Source of the DNA: Patescibacteria group bacterium
GTDB taxonomy: Bacteria; Patescibacteriota; Patescibacteriia; SG8-24; DYFX01
Length of the DNA: 64,000 nt
Direction of reading: 5' to 3'
NCBI GenBank assembly: GCA_030583805.1
Contig: CP129476.1
Location: 117,453 to 181,452 of the forward strand
Shown here: positions 27,341 through 36,691 of the stretch, piece by piece
How the letters are laid out: each line of letters starts with the position of its first letter
Position numbering within the stretch: the stretch's first letter is position 1
Notes under the pieces: generated by a model
Seen by the model: the letters and a program-made list of their open reading frames with translations, nothing else
Told to the model about the DNA's origin: nothing
Databases searched by the model: none
Made by a program: the position numbers and the translations under genes

Positions 27341-29953
27341 ATGCGGAAGTTCCGTTTTTTCGTTGTCGCGGCGTTTCTCGCGCTCGGCGCGCCGTTTGCG
27401 GCTTCGGCGGCGAGCCCGCTGATCAAAGGCTCGACGCCGGCGGTCTATTACGTCGATGAAGGCAAGCGCTACGTCTTTCCAAACGAGAAAGTGTACTTTT
27501 CCTGGTATGCGGGCTTTTCAGACGTGCGCACCGTTTCAGACGAAGAGCTCGCGTCGTACCTGATCGGCGGTCACGTGACCTACAAGCCGGGATCGAGACT
27601 CGTGAAGCTGCAAAGCGATCCGCGCGTGTTCGCAGTCGGCGCCGGAGGACGCTTGCGATGGATCGCGACGGAAACCGCCGCCCGCGACCTGTATGGCGAC
27701 AACTGGAATACGAAGGTGGACGACCTCTCCGACGCCTTCTTTTTTGCGTATAAAGAGGGGGAGCCTGTCGCTTCGGCGGCGGATTTCGACATGGAGGCCG
27801 AACAGGGCGTCGCCTCGATCGCCGACGACTTCGCCGCTCGGAACGGCGCCGTCTCGACAACGGATTTTACGGCAGTGCGAACCGGTCTTTGGAGCGATCC
27901 GGCCGTGTGGGGAGGCGCGAGACCGGGTGCCGGCGCGCGCGTGACGATCCCGAACGGACAAAAGGTTACGTATGATTTGGAAAATGGTCCGACGCTCAAG
28001 TCGCTCGACGTGCTCGGAACGCTTGAGTTCGCCCAAGACCGTTCGATGCGCTTGGCCGCCCGGCAGATCGTGGTGCGCGGCGCCATGACGGCCGGAACGC
28101 CGCTTGCGCCGTTTCGCGCCGACAAGCGTCTAGAAATCGCGCTCACGGGCGCGGCGACGGCGCCCATTGCCGACGACGGATTCATCGTTGACGGCGGAAC
28201 CTTGTCGCTCCACGGAGCGGACGTCGGTTTTTCTTGGACGCGGCTGGCGGCGCCAGCTGCCGTCGGCGCGACCGAAATCACGCTTGTCGCTCCGGTCGCG
28301 TGGGAGGCGGGATCCGAGATTGCCGTGCTCGGCGCGGGCAATGAAGAGCAGGAAGTGCGCGTCATCAAGGCGGTTGACGGAGCGACGATCACGCTCGACC
28401 GTCCGCTTGAAAAAACCCATCGCGCGGAAGCGGGGTTGCGTTCGGAGGTTGCGCTGCTTGATCGGAATATCGAGATTCACGGCGTCGGCAACGGCTACGG
28501 ATCGTATGTACGCGGCATCAATCGCGCTTCCATGACGCTCCGGAACGTGGAACTTTCCTCGCTCGGCCGCAAAGGCGTTTCCGGGCAGCACCCGCTTCTC
28601 TTCGACGGCATTTCGAAGCCGGTCTTCGCTTCGAGCGTCGTGAAAGACGCCGGCAATCGGTGCCTGACGCTGCGTCAGACGACGGGAGCGGAGATCAGCG
28701 ACAACGTCGCGCTCAACGCCTACGGTCATTGCTTCGCGACTGAAGACGGCGCCGAGACCGGCAACGTCTTTTCCGGAAACCTGGCCGCGCGCATACGGCC
28801 CGGCGCGCTTTTGGGCGATGAAACGCCGTCGGCGTTCCTGTTCAGGCATCCCGGAAACGAGGTTGAACGCAACGTCGCGGTCGGAGCCGCCGGTTTCGGC
28901 TATTGGTACTTGCTGGCCAATGAAGCGACGACGAACGGCGGCGTGAGGCTTCATCCGCGCGAAGCGCTGCTCGGTTCTTTTGCCGACAATCAAGCGCGCA
29001 GCAACGGGAAAGTCGGATTGTATATCGACGACGGCAAGGGCAGGGGAGATTATATTCCCGGAGCGAAAGCGACGTTTTCCGGTTTCACGAGCGTGTTAAA
29101 CGGCGAGCGCGGGTTTTGGATCCGCGGCGTGAACCTTGAAATGACGAACGCCTTCATCGCCGAGAATCCGATCGGCGGCACGTTTGCCGCCTTTGGCGCG
29201 CTGCTCAGGAATTCAACGATTGCCGGGCGTCTTCCCGGTTCCGCTTCGCCGGGACCCGCCAAGTACGGATTCACGTTCGATGACGGTCCGATCAGCGTGC
29301 AGGACGTCGCATTCGAGCGTTTCGAGGACGGCGCGTCGGCGCTCGGTTTCGAAGAGCGGAGCGAAGATCTTCCGGACGCCCGCAGCAGTTTCAGCGGCCT
29401 CACGTTTACCGACGCGACGCCCTGGTCAGCGGCTGATCCGGTCACCCCCGGCGATCACATGGCGATCGTCCGCGATCTTGACGCGGGCGACGTCGTGGGA
29501 GCGAACTCGCGCTTCTTCGGCGCAGAGTGCGTTCTCGAAGAGGGGAATGTGCGGCGCTGTCCCGGTCCGTACGCGCAGCTCGAGGTCGTGCTGCGAAACG
29601 GTGCCAGCAATAGGAACGTCGTGTTCACCGAACTTGGAACCGGCGCCGCCGTCACGCTTGCTCCGGGACCCGCGTTCGACGGCGAGTACGCATACGCCAC
29701 GGTGGCGGAGAACGGCGCCTATCGTGTGGAGTCGCCATCGGTACCCGTGATGGTCCTGAGTTACAGCGGTTCCATTTCGCCGCTCCTCGTGCGCGTGCCG
29801 GCCGGCCTTGGCGCTGCCGTCCGCGTTGACGGCGAGACTTTGCCGGGCGTCGATCTTGCGGCGCTCGCGGCAGGAAGTTGGGCGTACGACACCGCGACAT
29901 CCGAGGCCGTGCTCTGGCTCCGTCCGGGAGACGAATTTGAATTGACTCGCTGA
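27341..29953 (+). CDS. large secreted protein: two N-terminal ~55-aa repeats + G8 domain + right-handed beta-helix (PbH1) repeats
   Basis: ATG 27341 gives signal peptide MRKFRFFVVAAFLALGAPFAASA. AVYYVDEGKRYVFPNEKVYF repeat motif. G8-like segment WSDPAVWGG...VTIPNGQKVTYDL. Repetitive NVA/GN beta-helix turns. Confidence 0.6.
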   Translation: MRKFRFFVVAAFLALGAPFAASAASPLIKGSTPAVYYVDEGKRYVFPNEKVYFSWYAGFSDVRTVSDEELASYLIGGHVTYKPGSRLVKLQSDPRVFAVGAGGRLRWIATETAARDLYGDNWNTKVDDLSDAFFFAYKEGEPVASAADFDMEAEQGVASIADDFAARNGAVSTTDFTAVRTGLWSDPAVWGGARPGAGARVTIPNGQKVTYDLENGPTLKSLDVLGTLEFAQDRSMRLAARQIVVRGAMTAGTPLAPFRADKRLEIALTGAATAPIADDGFIVDGGTLSLHGADVGFSWTRLAAPAAVGATEITLVAPVAWEAGSEIAVLGAGNEEQEVRVIKAVDGATITLDRPLEKTHRAEAGLRSEVALLDRNIEIHGVGNGYGSYVRGINRASMTLRNVELSSLGRKGVSGQHPLLFDGISKPVFASSVVKDAGNRCLTLRQTTGAEISDNVALNAYGHCFATEDGAETGNVFSGNLAARIRPGALLGDETPSAFLFRHPGNEVERNVAVGAAGFGYWYLLANEATTNGGVRLHPREALLGSFADNQARSNGKVGLYIDDGKGRGDYIPGAKATFSGFTSVLNGERGFWIRGVNLEMTNAFIAENPIGGTFAAFGALLRNSTIAGRLPGSASPGPAKYGFTFDDGPISVQDVAFERFEDGASALGFEERSEDLPDARSSFSGLTFTDATPWSAADPVTPGDHMAIVRDLDAGDVVGANSRFFGAECVLEEGNVRRCPGPYAQLEVVLRNGASNRNVVFTELGTGAAVTLAPGPAFDGEYAYATVAENGAYRVESPSVPVMVLSYSGSISPLLVRVPAGLGAAVRVDGETLPGVDLAALAAGSWAYDTATSEAVLWLRPGDEFELTR

Positions 29954-29957
29954 ACCC

Positions 29958-30308
29958 ATGTTGCGCATCATCCTTCATCTCCTGATTCTTCCGGCCATGC
30001 TCTGGATCGAGCGCCGCAGCGATGCGCGTCTCGAACCGCGGACGGCGAGCGCGGTGTGGTACGCGATCGGCATACCGCTCATGCTTGTCGAGGCCTTGGC
30101 CGCCGGCGCGATCTGGAAGACGATCTTTCTTCAAAGTCTCGTGACCGCGCTCTTCTTCCTGCCGGGCGTCTACGCGGCCTTTCGCCTTGCCCGCCCGCGT
30201 GGAAAAATCCTGCTGCCGTTTCTCGTCTACTTGGCCTGTTCCGGCGTCGCCGGCGTGCTGTCCGGACTCGTTCTCGCGCATACGGCGTTCGCGTTCGGAA
30301 AGCTCTAA
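29958..30308 (+). CDS. small integral membrane protein (hypothetical)
   Basis: 116-aa ORF with 3-4 hydrophobic helices, immediately after the large secreted protein. Confidence 0.4.
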   Translation: MLRIILHLLILPAMLWIERRSDARLEPRTASAVWYAIGIPLMLVEALAAGAIWKTIFLQSLVTALFFLPGVYAAFRLARPRGKILLPFLVYLACSGVAGVLSGLVLAHTAFAFGKL

Positions 30309-30326
30309 GTGCTACACTTGACGTAT

Positions 30327-31658
30327 ATGGCCCTGCGCTACGATTTCCTCAACATGATGCGGAATCGCGTTGGCGCGGAAGGCGTCTCGCCGGAAGAATT
30401 ACAGGCGGTTGCAGGATGGTTGGAGGCCTCGCGTCGCGCGCTCGCGGATCGGAAAAAAGCCGGCGAACTCGGTTTTTTCGACGTACCCAAACGGCGTCCG
30501 AGCCGCGAGGCGATGGCCTCGGTGCTGCGCGCGCTTGATCCGGAAATCGACACCTTGGTCGTCGTCGGTATCGGCGGCTCCCTGCTCGGGACGCAAGCCG
30601 TCTACGAAGCGCTCCGGGGCGTGGACACGCTGAAGCGCGGCGCGCGCGCCATGAAGCTCGTTTTTGCCGGAGACGCAACGGACCCGCGCGCGGCGCGAGA
30701 TATTTTTGAACAGGTCGATTGGAACCGCGCGGCGATCAACATCGTTTCGAAAAGCGGCGACACCATCGAACCGATGGCGATCTTCACGCTCTTGCGGCAC
30801 GAACTCGTCCGCGCCGTCGGGCTTGAGAAAGCTTCGAAGCGTATCATCGCCACCACGGACGCGAAGAAGGGCACGCTGCACGAAATTGCCGCGCGCGAAA
30901 AATACGCGACGTTGCCCGTGCCGAATAATGTCGGCGGCCGTTTTTCCGTGTTCACCGAGGTCGGCGCTTTCCCGCTTCTCGCGGCCGGCATCGATATCGA
31001 CGCGCTGTGGAAAGGCGCGGCGGCCGAAGAGGCGGATTTTTGGAAAATGGCGCCGCTCAAAAGCGCGCCGATGGTGTACGCCGCGCTTCAGTGGCTTTTG
31101 TACCGCCGCGGCAAAACGATCTCCGTTTTCATGCCGTACGCCAAGCGCCTGACGCTCGTCGGGCAGTGGTACCGCCAGCTCTGGGCGGAGAGCCTCGGCA
31201 AGAAGACGGATCGCAAGAGAAAGCGGGTCGACGTCGGACCGACGCCGGTTGCGGCCGTCGGGCCGGCCGATCAGCATTCGCAGATCCAGCTGTACAACGA
31301 GGGGCCGTCCGACAAGATCGTAACCTTCGTCGAGGTTGATGATTTCGACATTGATGCGCGCTTGCCCGAACCGTGGTCGGATATCGAAGGTGTTTCCTAT
31401 TTTTCCGGACACACCCTTCGCAAGCTGGTGCATGCCGAGCGGCAGGCGACCGCCGAGGCGCTGACGGACAGTCGCCGCCCGAACGGCACGCTGCACATGC
31501 CCGATCTGACGGGACGTTCGCTCGGCGCGCTCTTGCAGTGCCTGATGATGGCGACGGCCATGGCCGGAGAACTCTTCGACGTCGACGCCTTCGACCAGCC
31601 CGGCGTCGAGGCCGGCAAAAAGCACATGTACCGCCTTTTGGGCCGCAAGGGTTTTTAA
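30327..31658 (+). CDS. pgi: glucose-6-phosphate isomerase (short archaeal/bacterial type)
   Basis: MALRYDFLNM start. VVVGIGGSLLGTQAV, NIVSKSGDTIEP motifs. Confidence 0.85.
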   Translation: MALRYDFLNMMRNRVGAEGVSPEELQAVAGWLEASRRALADRKKAGELGFFDVPKRRPSREAMASVLRALDPEIDTLVVVGIGGSLLGTQAVYEALRGVDTLKRGARAMKLVFAGDATDPRAARDIFEQVDWNRAAINIVSKSGDTIEPMAIFTLLRHELVRAVGLEKASKRIIATTDAKKGTLHEIAAREKYATLPVPNNVGGRFSVFTEVGAFPLLAAGIDIDALWKGAAAEEADFWKMAPLKSAPMVYAALQWLLYRRGKTISVFMPYAKRLTLVGQWYRQLWAESLGKKTDRKRKRVDVGPTPVAAVGPADQHSQIQLYNEGPSDKIVTFVEVDDFDIDARLPEPWSDIEGVSYFSGHTLRKLVHAERQATAEALTDSRRPNGTLHMPDLTGRSLGALLQCLMMATAMAGELFDVDAFDQPGVEAGKKHMYRLLGRKGF

Positions 31659-31666
31659 CAGCCGTC

Positions 31667-31852
31667 ATGCCGCATCTCTTCACGCTCATGGCAAAACTGA
31701 CCGCGGAAGAGCGGCAGAAGCTCGGCGAACGCCGCCGTGAATTAAAAGCGCGCGACGGCGTTCAAGAACGCCTCGTCGAAGCGCGAAAAGGGGAGTGGCA
31801 GCTCGAGTATTGGCGCGCGAAGGAAAAAATTGAAACAATCCCATTGCTATGA
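31667..31852 (+). CDS. small hypothetical protein (61 aa)
   Basis: ATG 31667 in frame within ORF 31373..31852. Charged/coiled sequence. Weak support. Confidence 0.3.
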   Translation: MPHLFTLMAKLTAEERQKLGERRRELKARDGVQERLVEARKGEWQLEYWRAKEKIETIPLL

Positions 31853-32493
31853 CTCGCAAAACCTTTATCGCCATGTGCGCGCTGCTTCTGGCAAGCGCGG
31901 CCGCTAGCGTCATCTTCTACCCGGCGTTTCCCGAAGAGTATGCTTCGCATTGGAACATGGCCGGCGAGGTTGACGACACGATGCCGAAGTCGACCGGCGC
32001 GCTGTTCATGCCGGGAATCATGCTGGTCCTTCTCGGCCTCTACGCGCTGATTCCGCGGATCGATCCGCTCAAGGAAAATCTCGAGAAATTCCGAAGGGCA
32101 TACGATCTCTTGTGGCTCGCGCTGTTCAGTTTTTTCGCGTATGTCCACGCCCTTACGCTGTTCTGGAATCTCGGTGGGAGATTCAGTTTCGTGCGCTTTC
32201 TCACGCCGGCATTCGCCGTCTTGTGGTACGTGATCGGCGTCGTGCTCGCTCGCTCGCGTCGGAATTGGTTCGTCGGCATCCGCACCCCGTGGACGCTGGC
32301 GAGCGACGACGTCTGGAACGACACGCACGCGTTCGGCGCGAAGCTGTTCAAAGCGACGGCGGTCGTTTCGCTGTTGGGCGTTTTCCTGCCCGCGCCGTAC
32401 GTCTTTTGGTTCATCGTGGCGCCGGTTCTGCTGACAAGCTTGGCGACCGTCCTGTACTCGTATCTCGCCTGGAGAAGGCGGGCAAAGCGTTAG
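31849..32493 (+). CDS. SdpI/YhfL-family (DUF1648-like) membrane protein
   Basis: Four-TM protein with RNWFVGIRTPWTLASDDVWNDTH motif typical of SdpI-like proteins. Confidence 0.55.
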   Translation: MTRKTFIAMCALLLASAAASVIFYPAFPEEYASHWNMAGEVDDTMPKSTGALFMPGIMLVLLGLYALIPRIDPLKENLEKFRRAYDLLWLALFSFFAYVHALTLFWNLGGRFSFVRFLTPAFAVLWYVIGVVLARSRRNWFVGIRTPWTLASDDVWNDTHAFGAKLFKATAVVSLLGVFLPAPYVFWFIVAPVLLTSLATVLYSYLAWRRRAKR

Positions 32494-32555
32494 CGCATGC
32501 GCCGACAGGCCGGGTACTGGAACGGAACGCCGTTCGGTGAGACCATGGAGCTCGT

Positions 32556-33272
32556 ATGGAACGCATAGGTTTTATTTTGATCCATGGCGCGGGTCTCGGC
32601 GCTTGGGCCTGGGAGCGGGTCATGCCGCTTTTGAAGGCGCCGTCGATCGCCGTCGATTTGCCGATGCGCGGCGATCCGAACAAAACGCTGCACGCGTTGA
32701 AGCTCGAAGACTACGTCCAGTCCGTCATCGATGACGCGGCTAAATTTTCCGTCGAAAAGTTCGTCCTGGTCGGGCATTCGATCGGCGGCGAAATTGCGCT
32801 GCGTGTCGCGACCCGCATGCCGGAGCGCGTCGCCGGCATCGTTTTCGTGAGCGCGGTGATTCCGCAGCCGGGCAAGGCTATGGTATCGATCCGTCCTTGG
32901 CTCGAACGCTGGCTCATGCGCATCAACGCGCGGTTCGGCGCGTTGAAACCGCCGCCGAAGGTGATTCATGCCAGAGCCGCCCACGATCTTGATCCGGAAA
33001 CGCTGGCGCTTGTTTTGAAAAAGTATTCGCCAGAAAGTCCTCGCATTTTCCTCGACAAGGCGGAGTGGTCGCTGCCCGAGCCGCTGCCGCGCTGGTACGT
33101 CAAAACGCTTGACGACCGGAGCGTGCCGCCGCCGCTGCAGGACCTCATGCTGGCGCGCGTCCTGCCGTCGCGGGCGCCGACGATCGTTTCGGGCCACTTC
33201 CCGATGCTTGCCAAACCGCGCGAGCTTGCTACGATTCTGAACGACTTCATTCATCATCATTCACTCGCATGA
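32556..33272 (+). CDS. alpha/beta hydrolase fold protein
   Basis: ILIHGAGLGAWAW and nucleophile elbow GHSIGG. Confidence 0.75.
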   Translation: MERIGFILIHGAGLGAWAWERVMPLLKAPSIAVDLPMRGDPNKTLHALKLEDYVQSVIDDAAKFSVEKFVLVGHSIGGEIALRVATRMPERVAGIVFVSAVIPQPGKAMVSIRPWLERWLMRINARFGALKPPPKVIHARAAHDLDPETLALVLKKYSPESPRIFLDKAEWSLPEPLPRWYVKTLDDRSVPPPLQDLMLARVLPSRAPTIVSGHFPMLAKPRELATILNDFIHHHSLA

Positions 33273-33664
33273 ACAGCGTCGTCCACTTCGAAATCCACGC
33301 AGCTGAGCCGGAAAAGCTCGGCGCGTTTTATAAAGCGCTTTTCGGCTGGGAAATCGTGAAATACGAAATGCCCGGCATGGACTATTGGGGCATCGTGACG
33401 GCCGAAAAAGGCGCGCCGAACGCTATCAACGGCGGTCTCGTGAAGCGCGGCGTGCCGACGCCGGCTTTGGGCGCGACGCCGAGTGCCTTTGTCTGCACCG
33501 TGCTGGTCGACGATATCGACGCGATGATGAAAAAAGCCGCCGAGCTCGGCGCCGTCGAAGCGATGGCGAAGTTCGCCATTCCGGGCATGGCCTGGCAGGG
33601 CTACATGATCGACCCCGACCATAATATTTTCGGCCTTCATCAGGCCGATGCGAACGCGAAATAA
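33269..33664 (+). CDS. VOC (glyoxalase/bleomycin-resistance) family protein
   Basis: HFEIHAAEPEKLGAFYKALFGWEI VOC N-terminal motif. ATGA overlap with the upstream gene. Confidence 0.7.
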   Translation: MNSVVHFEIHAAEPEKLGAFYKALFGWEIVKYEMPGMDYWGIVTAEKGAPNAINGGLVKRGVPTPALGATPSAFVCTVLVDDIDAMMKKAAELGAVEAMAKFAIPGMAWQGYMIDPDHNIFGLHQADANAK

Positions 33665-33673
33665 CCACTCTTT

Positions 33674-34042
33674 ATGGCAAACTACGTCGACGGCTACGTG
33701 CTCGTGGCTCCGAAGAAAAACATCAAAGCCTATCGCGCCATGGCTTCAACAGGCGCCAAGATTTGGAAAAAATACGGCGCGCTCGAATATTTCGAATGCG
33801 TCGGCGACGACTTGCACCCGAAAGGCGTGTCATTGCCGTTCCCGAAGATGATGCGTGCCAAGAAAAACGAGACGATCGTCTTTTCCTTTGTCGTCTACAA
33901 GTCTCGGGCGCATCGCGACGCGGTCAATAAAAAAGTTATGAAAGACCCGGCGATGAATTCGAAAAATTGGGAAGGGAAAGCGATGCCGTTCGACATGAAG
34001 CGCATGGCTTTCGGGGGCTTTAAAACGATCGTCCAGGCGTAA
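33674..34042 (+). CDS. DUF1428-family protein
   Basis: MANYVDGYVLVAPKKNIKAYRAMA N-terminus characteristic of DUF1428. Confidence 0.6.
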   Translation: MANYVDGYVLVAPKKNIKAYRAMASTGAKIWKKYGALEYFECVGDDLHPKGVSLPFPKMMRAKKNETIVFSFVVYKSRAHRDAVNKKVMKDPAMNSKNWEGKAMPFDMKRMAFGGFKTIVQA

Positions 34043-34099
34043 GAAGCGGACCCTTGCCAAAAACGGCGTTTTCGTGTAGGCTCCGCGCGGAGGTGATAC

Positions 34100-34639
34100 G
34101 TGAGGCTGATTCTTCCGAACGTCTTGGTTGAGATTGATCCGGCCTACGGCCCGCTGCTTTTCCTGGCGGGGCCGATCCGCGGCGGCGGCGATTGGCAGAA
34201 GAAGTGCTGCGAGTTCCTTCAGTGGCACTACGATCGGCCGTTCTACGCCATCGTTCCGTGCCGCTGGGGTGCAACGCATCCGCTGCACGGCTTTGCGGCC
34301 GAGGGGAAGTCCGACGCGTTCGAGCGGCAGCTGTCGTGGGAGCGCCACTACCTCAATCTCGCGGCGAAGAAGGGGTGTCTTCTGTTCTGGCTCCCGTGCG
34401 AGAGCGCGACGGAGCCGCACCCCGGCCCCGAGCCGTACGCCATGGACACGCGCGGCGAGCTCGGCGAGTGGCGTGGACGCATGATGCACGACCCCGCGTT
34501 GCGCGTCGTAGTCGGTGCCGAGTCGGGCTTCCACGGCCTGAGCCAGATCCAGCGGAATTTCAACGAAGCGTTGCGCTGCCAGTTTCCCATCCACGCTACC
34601 ATGCAGGAAACCGTCCGCGCCGCCCTGGCCAAGCTCTGA
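34100..34639 (+). CDS. nucleoside 2-deoxyribosyltransferase-like protein
   Basis: LFLAGPIRGGGDWQ motif of the NDT-like fold. Confidence 0.45.
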   Translation: MRLILPNVLVEIDPAYGPLLFLAGPIRGGGDWQKKCCEFLQWHYDRPFYAIVPCRWGATHPLHGFAAEGKSDAFERQLSWERHYLNLAAKKGCLLFWLPCESATEPHPGPEPYAMDTRGELGEWRGRMMHDPALRVVVGAESGFHGLSQIQRNFNEALRCQFPIHATMQETVRAALAKL

Positions 34640-34679
34640 TACGACTCCCTTCATGGGGAGTTTTTGTTATACTGCACCC

Positions 34680-35249
34680 ATGAAAACCGCCAAAAAACGC
34701 TGTACCTGGCCGGGCGAGGACCCGCTCATGATCCGGTACCACGACGAGCAGTGGGGCAAGCCCGAGCATGACGATAAAAAACATTTCGAGGCGTTCATTT
34801 TGGATGCCAACCAAGCCGGGCTTTCCTGGAGGACGATTCTCTACAAACGCGAGAATTTTCGGAAAGCCTTCGCGAATTTTGATTTCAACAAGGTCGCCAC
34901 ATTCACGAAAAAAGATTTCAACCGGCTGATGAAGGACAAGGGCATCATCCGCAACCGCATGAAGGTCGAAGCCGCGATCGTGAACGCGCGGAAGTTTTTG
35001 GAAATCCGAAAAGAGTTCGGCACGTTCGACAAATATATTTGGAGCTTTGTCGGCGGCAAGACGATCAGAAACGCGCACAAAAAGAACAGCGACATCGGCG
35101 CGACGTCGAAGGAATCGGACGCCATGAGCAAGGATCTCAAAAAGAGGGGATTCAAGTTCGTCGGTTCGACCATCTGCTACGCCTACATGCAGGGCGTCGG
35201 CATGGTGGATGACCATCTGACGAGCTGCTTTCGCCACAAAAAAAAATGA
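34680..35249 (+). CDS. tag: DNA-3-methyladenine glycosylase I
   Basis: CTWPGEDPLMIRYHDEQWGKPEHDD...EAFILDANQAGLSWRTIL Tag signature. ATG 34680. Confidence 0.85.
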   Translation: MKTAKKRCTWPGEDPLMIRYHDEQWGKPEHDDKKHFEAFILDANQAGLSWRTILYKRENFRKAFANFDFNKVATFTKKDFNRLMKDKGIIRNRMKVEAAIVNARKFLEIRKEFGTFDKYIWSFVGGKTIRNAHKKNSDIGATSKESDAMSKDLKKRGFKFVGSTICYAYMQGVGMVDDHLTSCFRHKKK

Positions 35250-35746
35250 AAACGATCGTCGTCAACGATACGATGCAGCGGGGATACCGCTACCACCTGA
35301 CGGCGCCCGCCGGCAAGAAGTTTGACCCTGAATTCAAGCCGGAACTGACGCCGAAGCAGATGCTGGAACTCGGCATTTTCGGCGGGCGGTATTTGAATGA
35401 CTGCCGAAAAGAATTTCCAAAAGCCTGGTTCGCCAAAGCACGCGTGAGCGACACGCACGACAAAAAAATGAATCATTTCGGTGTCGACGCCAGTCAGCCG
35501 CTTTCCGTCTGGCAGCGCAAGGGATGGATCTACAAGGACGATCCACGCGGCTGGTTCCAGTGGTATTGCCGCTATTACATGGGCAGGCGCCTGCCCGAGG
35601 AAGACGCAAGGCAGGTCAAGCGCTGGAAAGCGATCGCCCGCCATATCGCGCAAATCAGGAAAGCGTGCCGCATTGGCGACCTTCGCTGCCGCCCGCGCCA
35701 GCGCCAGGCCGTGCTGCACTGGGCCTATGATTCAAGAAAGATGTAA
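35246..35746 (+). CDS. conserved hypothetical protein co-transcribed with tag
   Basis: ATGA start/stop overlap with tag. 166 aa, Trp/Arg-rich. No family assigned. Confidence 0.45.
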   Translation: MKTIVVNDTMQRGYRYHLTAPAGKKFDPEFKPELTPKQMLELGIFGGRYLNDCRKEFPKAWFAKARVSDTHDKKMNHFGVDASQPLSVWQRKGWIYKDDPRGWFQWYCRYYMGRRLPEEDARQVKRWKAIARHIAQIRKACRIGDLRCRPRQRQAVLHWAYDSRKM

Positions 35747-36210
35747 TGCCTATGCCCACGATTCCTTTTGAAGCCTTCGCGCTGTTCCTGTTCCTCGCCG
35801 GTTTCGTCATCGGGCTTGGAGCCGTCACGGTGATTGACTTGCACGGCTTTCTTGGCAGGAAATCCGGTTATTGGACGGAGGCGACGACGCGGACGCACAA
35901 GGTCACGAAGCCGATGATTTGGGCCGGCATGCTTCTCGCGACGCTTGGCGGCGCGCTGTACTACCGAGAGGATCCGGGCGGCTGGATTCCGCGTGCTCAC
36001 GCGCTGATCGCCGCGGTACTCGTCGTGAACGGCCTCTTCCTTTCGTTTCGCGTGAGCCCCTTTTTGCTGAAACGCGAGCGTGAAGGCCGCTCTGCCGAAC
36101 TGTTGCCGTCCGCATGGCAAAAGAACATCATGGTAAGCCTGATCGTTTCCGATCTCGGCTGGTGGAGCGCCCTCTTCCTGCTCTCGTATCGCTTGGTAAC
36201 CCGCGCCTGA
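35746..36210 (+). CDS. integral membrane protein (hypothetical)
   Basis: Four predicted TM helices. Start overlaps the upstream stop. Confidence 0.45.
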   Translation: MPMPTIPFEAFALFLFLAGFVIGLGAVTVIDLHGFLGRKSGYWTEATTRTHKVTKPMIWAGMLLATLGGALYYREDPGGWIPRAHALIAAVLVVNGLFLSFRVSPFLLKREREGRSAELLPSAWQKNIMVSLIVSDLGWWSALFLLSYRLVTRA

Positions 36211-36216
36211 ACGCCT

Positions 36217-36684
36217 ATGAAACCCAACTACGCCATCATTCCTCTCGTGACCGTGCTGACGGCCGTGCTCGGCTCGCGCTTCACGTCATCCGGTCTCGGC
36301 AGCTGGTACAGCACCATCAATCTGCCGTCATGGACGCCTCCCGGCGGCGTTATCGGCCTCGTCTGGACGACGATCTTCACGCTCACGGCGATTTCGGCGC
36401 TCATCCTTTGGAATACGCCGAGCGCGAGATTGAAGCTTCCGACGTTCGCAGCGGTCTTCCTTCTTAATGCCGCCCTGAACGTTTTCTGGAGCTACCTGTT
36501 CTTCTCGCGGCATCAGATCGGCGCTGCCGTTTGGGAAGCGATCGTGCTCGATCTCACCGTGATCGTCCTGATCGTTCTCGCCTGGCCGATCTCGCGCCTG
36601 GCTGCGGCGCTCCTCGTGCCCTACGCCGCCTGGGTCGCGTTTGCGTCGTATCTCACGTATAGCGTTTGGAAGCTGAACCCGTAA
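36217..36684 (+). CDS. tspO: TspO/MBR (tryptophan-rich sensory protein) family
   Basis: Five-TM protein with conserved Trp pattern (SWYSTINLPSWTPPGGVIGLVWTTIF...LNVFWSYLFF). Confidence 0.8.
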   Translation: MKPNYAIIPLVTVLTAVLGSRFTSSGLGSWYSTINLPSWTPPGGVIGLVWTTIFTLTAISALILWNTPSARLKLPTFAAVFLLNAALNVFWSYLFFSRHQIGAAVWEAIVLDLTVIVLIVLAWPISRLAAALLVPYAAWVAFASYLTYSVWKLNP

Positions 36685-36691
36685 GCCTGCT

